In this document: piece after piece, positions 28,536 through 36,871 of the stretch
Numbering within the stretch: position 1 is the stretch's first letter
How the letters are laid out: the number at the start of each line of letters is the position of its first letter
IMG/VR virus record: IMGVR_UViG_3300033121_001895
Span: 38,912-102,911 of that record
Source: a virus
Lineage: Duplodnaviria; Caudoviricetes
DNA: 64,000 nt
Strand: one strand, 5' to 3'
Notes under the pieces: model-generated
What the model saw: the letters and a program-made list of their open reading frames with translations, nothing else
Database searches by the model: none
Told to the model about the DNA's origin: nothing
Translations under genes and position numbers: made by a program

Positions 28536-29054
28536 TTAAATGACGTCGTCAAACCTGGGGTTGTAATCGCAAGGTACGTTTTGCTTCTCTCTCGTTGGAA
28601 GGTTGTGTCCGACGATGCTGAGATTTAGAGTGAACTCCACCACGGGGGACGGATCCTGAGACATGTTGAGGTTAAAACCGGTCATCACACAGCGGAATAC
28701 AGCGTTACCCATGGAAACTTGTACAGCCTTTCCTCTGGTTACTTTCATTACATCTTGCAGCAATACCGGCAACCCTGGAGTACCCTCCTCGTTGGTGAGC
28801 AATAGCCCGCGTACCGACATTTGCCCCATGCCTTTGCCAAAGTAGAACCAGCTGATCACGTCGTCGAACGTCATGAAGAACTGGATCGTTTCCGAGTTTT
28901 GCATGCTGACTTCCGTCACGATGGCCAGGCTGCTTGGCGCCAGTAGCGCGTCCAAGAACGGTATCTTGACGGCGGTGAGCACTTGGATGCCTCCCTTGAA
29001 GACTTCCTGTGACCCTCCAGCCGTGCTGTCTGAATAACGATAAATCGTAGCCAT
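28536..29054 (-). CDS. tube-like baseplate protein / tail tube initiator
   Basis: beta-rich; YFGKG.GQMSVRG and VEFTLNL; immediately after the tape measure. Confidence 0.55.
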   Translation of the reverse strand: MATIYRYSDSTAGGSQEVFKGGIQVLTAVKIPFLDALLAPSSLAIVTEVSMQNSETIQFFMTFDDVISWFYFGKGMGQMSVRGLLLTNEEGTPGLPVLLQDVMKVTRGKAVQVSMGNAVFRCVMTGFNLNMSQDPSPVVEFTLNLSIVGHNLPTREKQNVPCDYNPRFDDVI

Positions 29055-29058
29055 ATGA

Positions 29059-32000
29059 TTACGGATTCTTTGAGGCCGAAGTGACTGCTGAGGTTAGATT
29101 GCTGATTGCGGTGATAATCCCCTTGATGTCTAACATGGCCAGCGGGTTGACTGGTCGACCGTCCGCCTGTGAGCTATCGAGGCCTTTCTTGGCTTCTTCG
29201 AACTGTCCAAGATAGCGATCAAACAAAGCCTGATTGCGCCCACCGTTGTTTCCGTCGGCAGAGCCATCCTCAGAAAGGAGGGCCTCGAGCTGGCGACGCA
29301 TCTCTGGCGATTTCTTAAAACCTTCGGACAAAACGCTCAAGTCACCACGACCGCCCATCAGCGTAGCCTTTATTTTGCTAAGCCGTGCGTGCATTGTCCC
29401 GGATACTTCCGGATCCATGAGCATCTGATCCCAGGCGTTCTCGCCGGCTTCCTGGTAATACGGTGCAAGAAACTCACTGCGCGCCTTGGAAATTTTACTG
29501 GCTCGAGCTGCACGGTACAGATCTTCGTGAGTAACTCGCTTACTGCCTTTCAGTACCTTTTCTGAATCAAAGCTGCGGAGTTGTTTAGCAGCAGCCAACA
29601 GCTTTGCGTGGTCGGCTGGGTTCAACCCAGCCTGACTAAGCGCCGACTTTGCAAGACCTACAGCCTCATTGGGGTCAGCGTCTGCGATACCCATGATGGT
29701 ATCAATATTTAAGCGCGAAGTATATTTCCCGACACCTGCCTCGCTGAAATCGATTTCCCCCTTATAGATACGCTGCAACGCCTTGAAGCTCGCATCATCG
29801 TCCTCACCGCTAAAAGCCTCCATTTCCGACAACAAGCGATTTCCTTGCTCGCGACCGGCTAAGGTTCTTGCTGCAAACCTGGTGCTAGTGATTCCGAACT
29901 GCACCATGTTACGCAACTTAAAGTCGCCTGAGTATTGACCTTCTGGATCGAATACACCGTAGTCCTGACCTGCACGACGAAGCACATCCAACCCGATCCC
30001 CTTTCCGCTGTATTTCCCGACAATCGCCCCGATATCAGTCTTGTCAACACTACCAGAAATCCTTGCGGCAATTTGCTTCAACTCTTCAGCAGACAGCTTC
30101 TTATTAGCTGGGGATTTTTTCAGCGCTGCGAGCTCTGCGATTGCCGAAGGGACGTTATGCTGTCGGCCAAGGTAGTCTTCCAGCTCACCGTACGTTGTGA
30201 TACCTCCTGACTGCAATGTTGTGCTTATCTGCCTGGAGGCGTTAAATAACGCACCAACTCTTCCCAGGTCCTTTCGCCCCATCACCTTCTCCGCCTTACC
30301 CAGGCCGTCCAGGTCGATTGATGGGTAGAGGGTCTTGAGTATTTTCTGGAGGTCAGCTTCCGAGCCTCCACCGATCAGCTTACCGGCTTCATCAAATTTG
30401 GCTTCAGGCAAGGCGCGGTACAGGGCGTCTGCATCCGCCAGATTCTTGACTCCCGCCATGTAAGACGTCGCCGCTGTACCGCCACTGAACAAGCGCCGCA
30501 GCTCAGCGAAGTCGCCAGCAGCCAAAGAGCCATCAATGCCAGACTGTACAAGACGTTGAAGGATGGGTGCGTTCACCTCCGCCAAGCTCGCGGCATGAAA
30601 AGCCTCCAACCTAGCCGAGGTCTTACGAGTCTCTTCGATCCGACGATGGGCACTCCTAGCTTGTGGGTTATATTGCCGAGCGAACTCCACGTCATAGCTG
30701 AGCATCGACAACTTCTGTGCAGTGCCTCGACGATCCGGCATATGCGCCGTTGCGACGACATCCGAAATATTCATCAGCCCTTCTCCGTTATCCTTCTTTT
30801 GCTTTGACCGGTGGACAACTGAGAGTAACTGGGACTTTTGCTGATTAGTGAGCGGGCGGGCCAGCCGGCTCTGCACGTCTGCGATGATCTGTTCGTCTGA
30901 CATGCTATGATACCGCGGGTCAAGACCAGCCTTCAGCAACTCCTCTCCAAAGCCTACTGTGCCTCCTGTGTATCTGTCCCATTCACGCAACATCGTCTTC
31001 TTCATTGCGTTAACGCCGGCACGACCAATTTCAGGAGCTTGCTCCAATCCTAGGTTCGACAACAACGGGTTAGTTTGCGCGAAGCTTAGCGCCTGGTACT
31101 CCGACATGTTCAAGGACGGAGAGATCCTCTTGAGGAAAGTGTTAAGTCCAATCGCGGTGGTATCACCATTTTGTGCATAGTCCCGGATCGCTTTCGCCGC
31201 CGCAGAATCTGGACCGCCAACCTGAGTGGCATGATAGTGCAGTGCACCTAAGATACGGGAAGTAGGCTCGCCAGCACCTTGGGTTAATGCCGCTACTCGG
31301 CCGGAGGTAACCCCTACTGGCCCTCCCAACGCTCGGACCAACTTCGGGTCCATGTAAGAAAGCGCCGCTGTCGTATCTCCCATGGCCTGCGTCGCGATCT
31401 GTGCGGCCGTAAAACCACCCATTCCAATAGGCAAATTCGGGTTCTGCGCAGCCAGTCCTTTTGCTTCCCCGATGATGGTTTTCATGGACTCGATGCTCAC
31501 GCCAGCAACACGAGCCATCGCCTTGACGTTTCTGAGCATCTCCTCCAGCTTTCGGGCGTCACCTTCGTCTGCCATGTTGACGCTTCCGATGCCGATCAAT
31601 TTGTTTATCTCCTCCGTCAATTCTCGACCGGAGAGATCCCGACCAAACAACCCACGAGCAGCATCCAATGCCCCCACACTCGAAGAGGAAAACCCTGCCA
31701 GGTTCAGTCCTGTATTTGTTCCCACCAACCCGGCCGATGCGGCACGACCAAAGGCCCCAGTCAAATCTTCAATGTTGAACCCACGGGTAAATCGATAGTC
31801 AATAGCGCCTGGTACCTTGCCTGATTTGAACTCCACGCCACGCTCAGCCATACGGAAGGCATCCTGGATATCACCCTTCCAAGCGTCCTTAAATTCCTTC
31901 AGTGCAGTTTTGGCGTTGTCTGATTGAAGGGCGTCAGCGAAGCCTTTACCCATTTTCTGCTGGGCCTCCGTGCTACTCACAGACGACAAAAACGAATCAG

Positions 32001-32754
32001 CCGCGGCCTTGGCCTCTTCTCGGATCTTGGCGATCTCTGCGCTTTTTGCGTCGTCCTTCATGTCGGTGTTATCCCGGACTCTCTGGATACGACCCAACGA
32101 GGATTCCAATAAACTACCCATGTCCCGATTAACGCGAGTCGCACCGACGCCCTCCAACCCGCGAATAGTGTTCATCGACCAGTCGCCATTCAACCTCTCA
32201 AACCCCGAATCACCAAAGGCTCGTCGCAATGGGTCCGCCACGCTCCCCACATATCGTCCAAAGTCTGCACGTCGATAAAACTTACCCTGCAGTTGATCCA
32301 TCATCCGGTCCGTTTCAAGGGCCGTCGTGGATCCAAGTCGCCCGAGAGAGGCCAAGGTTTGTCCGTTGAGGTCCGCATATAGCCCCATCTGTGCCTTAAC
32401 TGGATTGCCTCCGATCAATGGGCTCATCACCGACCACAGAGGACTGTCAGGCATCGCCGCAAACGGATACAGCGCCTGGTAGAAGGGGCTGTCAGTATTG
32501 ATGCCTCCCATGCGGGCAGCCAGCTGACTTGAGGCCAGCGCCCGCTTCATGATATAGTGCTGATCCATATTTCTACTACGGATCATCATCATGTCCATTA
32601 CCGAGTTGGTGCCTTGAGGCTGAGGGAATATCCCTTGACCCGCAAGCAAGCTGCCGGCGATGTCAAGAAACGGGTTGCCTGTGCCGAGGCCGGGCGACAG
32701 CATGGGGGACCAGACCCTGTTTGCTTGATACGGATCGTAGGAGTTGTATGGCAT
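29059..32754 (-). CDS. tail tape measure protein
   Basis: 1231 aa, Ala/Gly/Leu-rich and helical; follows the frameshifted chaperone pair. Confidence 0.75.
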   Translation of the reverse strand: MPYNSYDPYQANRVWSPMLSPGLGTGNPFLDIAGSLLAGQGIFPQPQGTNSVMDMMMIRSRNMDQHYIMKRALASSQLAARMGGINTDSPFYQALYPFAAMPDSPLWSVMSPLIGGNPVKAQMGLYADLNGQTLASLGRLGSTTALETDRMMDQLQGKFYRRADFGRYVGSVADPLRRAFGDSGFERLNGDWSMNTIRGLEGVGATRVNRDMGSLLESSLGRIQRVRDNTDMKDDAKSAEIAKIREEAKAAADSFLSSVSSTEAQQKMGKGFADALQSDNAKTALKEFKDAWKGDIQDAFRMAERGVEFKSGKVPGAIDYRFTRGFNIEDLTGAFGRAASAGLVGTNTGLNLAGFSSSSVGALDAARGLFGRDLSGRELTEEINKLIGIGSVNMADEGDARKLEEMLRNVKAMARVAGVSIESMKTIIGEAKGLAAQNPNLPIGMGGFTAAQIATQAMGDTTAALSYMDPKLVRALGGPVGVTSGRVAALTQGAGEPTSRILGALHYHATQVGGPDSAAAKAIRDYAQNGDTTAIGLNTFLKRISPSLNMSEYQALSFAQTNPLLSNLGLEQAPEIGRAGVNAMKKTMLREWDRYTGGTVGFGEELLKAGLDPRYHSMSDEQIIADVQSRLARPLTNQQKSQLLSVVHRSKQKKDNGEGLMNISDVVATAHMPDRRGTAQKLSMLSYDVEFARQYNPQARSAHRRIEETRKTSARLEAFHAASLAEVNAPILQRLVQSGIDGSLAAGDFAELRRLFSGGTAATSYMAGVKNLADADALYRALPEAKFDEAGKLIGGGSEADLQKILKTLYPSIDLDGLGKAEKVMGRKDLGRVGALFNASRQISTTLQSGGITTYGELEDYLGRQHNVPSAIAELAALKKSPANKKLSAEELKQIAARISGSVDKTDIGAIVGKYSGKGIGLDVLRRAGQDYGVFDPEGQYSGDFKLRNMVQFGITSTRFAARTLAGREQGNRLLSEMEAFSGEDDDASFKALQRIYKGEIDFSEAGVGKYTSRLNIDTIMGIADADPNEAVGLAKSALSQAGLNPADHAKLLAAAKQLRSFDSEKVLKGSKRVTHEDLYRAARASKISKARSEFLAPYYQEAGENAWDQMLMDPEVSGTMHARLSKIKATLMGGRGDLSVLSEGFKKSPEMRRQLEALLSEDGSADGNNGGRNQALFDRYLGQFEEAKKGLDSSQADGRPVNPLAMLDIKGIITAISNLTSAVTSASKNP

Positions 32755-32758
32755 GATA

Positions 32759-33163
32759 TTAGTCTATAGCTTGAGGCTCTACCGGGATAAGGACAGCGTT
32801 GTCAGCTGCGTCCACTTCCGCTCGCGTCTTCGCTAGAACCTCCCGCCAGAAGGCAAAGTCGTTCGCTTTCGGCTTACCTTGGCTATTCCCTATCTTAGTT
32901 TTTTCAGCCATATATGGCAACGCCAATTCCATATGCTGCTTGAGGTCTTTCGTCAAGGCTAGAACACCTTGGCGTGAAGGATTCCCGCCGACTAGGGATG
33001 AAACAGCGGACAACTTCATGCGGTCAGACTCGACCAGAAGCTTCCGCTCCATGATGGAAAGAAGATACTCTTCCCTTAATGAGGATAGGGGTGTTTTCGA
33101 ATCAAAGGTCAGCCAACCGCAGAGGAAACCCTCTGTCAGCAAAACTATGCGGCGGCTTTCCAA
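32759..33163 (-). CDS. tail assembly chaperone, GT-like extension (-1 frame)
   Basis: no early ATG; frame is entered at the slippery site; directly upstream of the tape measure. Confidence 0.7.
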   Translation of the reverse strand: MESRRIVLLTEGFLCGWLTFDSKTPLSSLREEYLLSIMERKLLVESDRMKLSAVSSLVGGNPSRQGVLALTKDLKQHMELALPYMAEKTKIGNSQGKPKANDFAFWREVLAKTRAEVDAADNAVLIPVEPQAID

Positions 33164-33678
33164 AAATCCGGGTTCGACACGGCATCAACCAACACCAGGA
33201 CTCGTTGATCGAACTCTTGCAAAGACGCCTGTACAGCAGCCATCTTTACCATAGACCAGCTGGAGAAAACGTCAGCGCGACGTGAGACGTAGGACTCACC
33301 TGTTTCTTTATTTGCTGGTACCGAGGCTGAGGTTATTTCCGGTGCGAAAGGTTGGTCTCCAACGTTAACCAAAGCCAGCCCAAGACGATAATGGGCAACA
33401 CGAGAAAAATAATAGTCATTAACGCCTTCGATACGTCCCTTCTCCCGGTCAAACGAGATTTGGGTAAGTAAGTCGTTGTTCTCCTTCATGGTCAACGACT
33501 TAAGTCGGATACGATAGTTTCCATTAAGTAAGCTGAACTCCTCTTCGTAAGGACGGTCAGCCAAGAAAGCCTTAAAGAACTCTTCCTTCTGCCGGTCAGT
33601 CACCTCAACTGGTGGGCGCTTGTCCAGGTCAATTGTCGGCGCAGGGACTTCTGTTTCATCAATGTGTGTTTCAGGCAT
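33145..33678 (-). CDS. tail assembly chaperone, G-like (start revised to MPETHID)
   Basis: RLKSLTMKE motif; ends NPDFWKAAA across the slippery site. Confidence 0.72.
   Translation of the reverse strand: MPETHIDETEVPAPTIDLDKRPPVEVTDRQKEEFFKAFLADRPYEEEFSLLNGNYRIRLKSLTMKENNDLLTQISFDREKGRIEGVNDYYFSRVAHYRLGLALVNVGDQPFAPEITSASVPANKETGESYVSRRADVFSSWSMVKMAAVQASLQEFDQRVLVLVDAVSNPDFWKAAA
33163..33169 (-). other. -1 programmed ribosomal frameshift site G GAT TTT
   Basis: CCG GAT TTT TGG; a -1 slip gives ..PDF-LESRRIV.. Confidence 0.75.
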
Positions 33679-35992
33679 AAGCACGGTATTCTGTGAACAC
33701 GTTTGCAAAATCGATTTTTCCGATAGCTGTGTGTTCGACCGCTTTATTGTATGTGCCTTGCAAGTCTGGGTCAAACTGCAAATTCGCGAGGGTTGCAGTC
33801 GCGTACATGTTAGGTAAATCAGCGCCAGGATATGGCATCGTATCGTTTACACCCTTTTCCTCCCACACAGCCAGTCCAAGATTATTGAACTTACTATCTT
33901 CCTGCTGCGCAAGCGTTTGCGGGATGACGTCTTCCCGCTCACTCAAGTTATAAGCCTGGGAAGGAAGGAAACGGAATTTGAGGTCGTCAAAAGAAGTGTC
34001 CTCACGGTAACCAAAGGAGAAGGTCTGGAAATCGTTACTGGCCAGCTCTGACGCCTTTTGCTTCCACTCATCAAAGGTGTCTTTTTCAAACACACCCTCC
34101 ACTGCTCCAAATGGGCTAATACCGATGGTTTGTTTCTGAATGCCGACAGCGGTATTTCCTAGCCCCACAAATATTGCCGTTCCCTCCGTAAAACCGATAA
34201 GGTTTTTGCCGGCCGAGAACAACATGTCTCCAGAAGTAAACGCATCGAAGCCATCGCCGCTACGCAGCAATACCCTGGAATCTGCATCAATCATGCACAG
34301 GCCTGATTTGATAACGGTGTTTGCTTCGGTCTTGAATAGTGAGTGCAACGAGCGCGTTACCAACCCGGAGTTTGGCGCATGTAACACGATACCTCCGACA
34401 TCAGTGATCGCGGCATCTTTTGGTGAGTACTCGGCCGCTGAAGAAGAGCCGGAATGCAGAACGATTCCAGAAGAAGCACTATACAGGTATTGTGCCTTGT
34501 CCGTCTTGAGCCTAAACCCACCGGTAGAAGAGGATAGGTCGATATCTTTCTGTGCGGCAATGCTGGTGAACTGACCGACCTTACCGATCAAATTCCGCAG
34601 AGGCTGCATTACCAGATCCTTCGCAGGCTGCAGATAAATGTTGCCACCCTCCATCACCAAGGCCGAACCCCAAGCATCACGGAATACAATGCCACCATTG
34701 GGCATTAAATACGCGCCTGACGTCTTTGGATAAAAGTTACCAATGCGTTCTGGTGTAAGAGGGGTATTCTCACCGAGAAGGGTTTCTTTCTTCGGGTCGT
34801 TGTTAAGCTCAAATTGCTCGGAGGCGGTAAACCTTTCGTAGGCCTGCCCTTCCAGTGTCAATGCAAGGTAGTCACGAAGTTGTAAGAAGTGCAAGAACGG
34901 CTGACTCTGTGCCTGCACAGAAGAGTCAAACGTAAACCCTTTTATCGGAGCCGGTGGAGGACCCGACTTCGCCCACGGTTCTTCTACGGCCTTGATTCGT
35001 TGTGGGACGCGGATCCAATTTGTTTTCTCCAAAGCAATACCACCGAGGCTGCGAAAGGCCATGCTACCATCCATCCCCATCTTGACGCTTGCCAACCCAC
35101 GATCGAAGACGCCTGTAGCTTTGCCATCTAACGCACGGAGTTGCCCGTCAGCCGGCCTTGAAAAGACGAGGTGTAGAAAGTCACCCAATGCGCCAACAAA
35201 CCCCTTTAGGCGGTCAATTGGAAGCTGTCGTTCGTTAGCTAACTCAAAGAAGTCCTTCGAATCATCCACCGAGGTCTCTCCTGTTAACTTAATCACTGGG
35301 TCTACTGTCTTACCAGTGATGTTTGGACGACCAGAAGCTTCTGCTGGATCGTGAGTCAGGTTTACCTCCTGATTTAGAGTAGCTCCGTCCTGATAGACTT
35401 TGTTGCTCCCCATGCAAGTAAACTGTTCAAAGTTGTGCCCAACAATACGTACCAGGTCATCAAGCAAGAAAGCCTGCACCTGAGCCAGCTCCGAAGCCTT
35501 TAGCGTAGCGAACTGTTGGTACAACCCGAGAAGTACGCCGAAGTCATTAGCCAGTACATACTCGCCATCAACTACGTCAGTCGGTCGCCCTGCGTTCTGC
35601 ATGTTCAACTTGGACACGCTAATTGTCGGGCCGTACCCTTGGGTATTGTTCTCGCACGACTTGCCGTCTCCAGCACCGATCAAAGTACGGGCCGGGAGGT
35701 CGGAGGCTTTATTGAACGTCTCGGTTTCCGGTACAATCCCGAGGATCAAACCGGTAAACGCGTCACTCCGGAAACAAAATACTGTGCACCCAGGCTGAGG
35801 TAAAACACACTCCTTCACGCCAAGCATACCAGCTGTAAGCGAGGAGAGCGGTATGCCGGAAAGCAGCGAAGGGAGTTTATTGCTGGTAGGTGCAAGCTGT
35901 ACACTGTACGTTGCAGCGTCTGAAGAAACTACAGTTGCGAAAAAGAACTGATTGTTCTCTGCAACCAAACGGTCTAGACGGTAGTTGGCCAT
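33671..35992 (-). CDS. central spike protein (gp5/VgrG/GpV-like)
   Basis: N-terminal OB-like region (LPQPGCTVFC..GLILG); beta-helix-like repeats (IVFRDAWGSALVMEGGNIYL, IDLSSSTGG). Confidence 0.65.
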   Translation of the reverse strand: MANYRLDRLVAENNQFFFATVVSSDAATYSVQLAPTSNKLPSLLSGIPLSSLTAGMLGVKECVLPQPGCTVFCFRSDAFTGLILGIVPETETFNKASDLPARTLIGAGDGKSCENNTQGYGPTISVSKLNMQNAGRPTDVVDGEYVLANDFGVLLGLYQQFATLKASELAQVQAFLLDDLVRIVGHNFEQFTCMGSNKVYQDGATLNQEVNLTHDPAEASGRPNITGKTVDPVIKLTGETSVDDSKDFFELANERQLPIDRLKGFVGALGDFLHLVFSRPADGQLRALDGKATGVFDRGLASVKMGMDGSMAFRSLGGIALEKTNWIRVPQRIKAVEEPWAKSGPPPAPIKGFTFDSSVQAQSQPFLHFLQLRDYLALTLEGQAYERFTASEQFELNNDPKKETLLGENTPLTPERIGNFYPKTSGAYLMPNGGIVFRDAWGSALVMEGGNIYLQPAKDLVMQPLRNLIGKVGQFTSIAAQKDIDLSSSTGGFRLKTDKAQYLYSASSGIVLHSGSSSAAEYSPKDAAITDVGGIVLHAPNSGLVTRSLHSLFKTEANTVIKSGLCMIDADSRVLLRSGDGFDAFTSGDMLFSAGKNLIGFTEGTAIFVGLGNTAVGIQKQTIGISPFGAVEGVFEKDTFDEWKQKASELASNDFQTFSFGYREDTSFDDLKFRFLPSQAYNLSEREDVIPQTLAQQEDSKFNNLGLAVWEEKGVNDTMPYPGADLPNMYATATLANLQFDPDLQGTYNKAVEHTAIGKIDFANVFTEYRAYA

Positions 35993-36039
35993 AAAAGAAA
36001 GGTGCCCGGTTCATTGTAGTGTACAACAACCCGGGCACC
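35993..36039 (-). terminator. intrinsic terminator/attenuator after the tail tube gene
   Basis: GGTGCCCGG...CCGGGCACC stem followed by TTTCTTTT directly abutting the next ATG. Confidence 0.7.
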
Positions 36040-36077
36040 CCGACAACTGACAAGTAGGTTACAACGCAGCCTGCCTG

Positions 36078-36656
36078 TTACTTACCAGGCGGCACATCAA
36101 CGCGGAACAGCTGCAAGAATTCGATGGACACGTTGTCCACAACAGTGAGCCCCTCAGCCTCAGCGGAGATGTTATAGCTGGTAACGATCGCGCCGGTCGC
36201 ACGATAACCAGGGGCGCCAACAGCACAACCATCGTAGGCCGAAGACCCACGGAAGTTGATTGTAAGCTCCGCCGTTCCTCGGCAAACATTCCAGCCGGCC
36301 AAATCAAAGATATCGTGGAATCCTGTAGTGGAGGACTTCGTCTGGTTCGGATCCACTTGGCTGCTCAAATCCGCGTACAGTCGCTGGATCTGGATCGATC
36401 CCACAGGCTGTGTTGGGTAGATCACCGCGATCGGCGATCCTGATGGTGCAGCCAAAGTGCGTCGGCGAACGACTTGCTGCTGGTATGAAATGTTGATGTT
36501 TGTGACGCCCAGAATTACTTTTTCTGGCGCCGTGGTTTTCCCCCCGGAAGGGCCTGACCAGACAATGGTGCACATGTCAGCCGTAATCGGGCTGACTGTT
36601 TTCGCCATTCTACGGCCAAAGATCTCTGTGGTGTTGGTGGTATCGGTGGTTGCCAT
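36078..36656 (-). CDS. tail tube protein
   Basis: follows the sheath; NINISYQQQV, GSIQIQRL, GAIVTSYNIS..VVDNVSIEF beta pattern. Confidence 0.75.
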   Translation of the reverse strand: MATTDTTNTTEIFGRRMAKTVSPITADMCTIVWSGPSGGKTTAPEKVILGVTNINISYQQQVVRRRTLAAPSGSPIAVIYPTQPVGSIQIQRLYADLSSQVDPNQTKSSTTGFHDIFDLAGWNVCRGTAELTINFRGSSAYDGCAVGAPGYRATGAIVTSYNISAEAEGLTVVDNVSIEFLQLFRVDVPPGK

Positions 36657-36664
36657 GTTTGTTC

Positions 36665-36871
36665 CTATTTTTGTAACCCTAATTGTCTTACTACGTCGTC
36701 GAAATTCTTATCCTCGTGCTTGGTGTAGCGCACCCATCCACTACCGTCAGGCAGTAGATGGAAGACTACCGAGGGTTGTCCATTCTGTTCAATTAACAAC
36801 CCTACGGCTTCTGTAGTGTCCAAAAGGACTTGGGGAGACCGACGAGCGTCTCCCGCCACCACTATTCTCAT
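36665..36871 (-). CDS. small hypothetical protein
   Basis: 68 aa; TAATG overlap with the sheath stop. Confidence 0.6.
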   Translation of the reverse strand: MRIVVAGDARRSPQVLLDTTEAVGLLIEQNGQPSVVFHLLPDGSGWVRYTKHEDKNFDDVVRQLGLQK

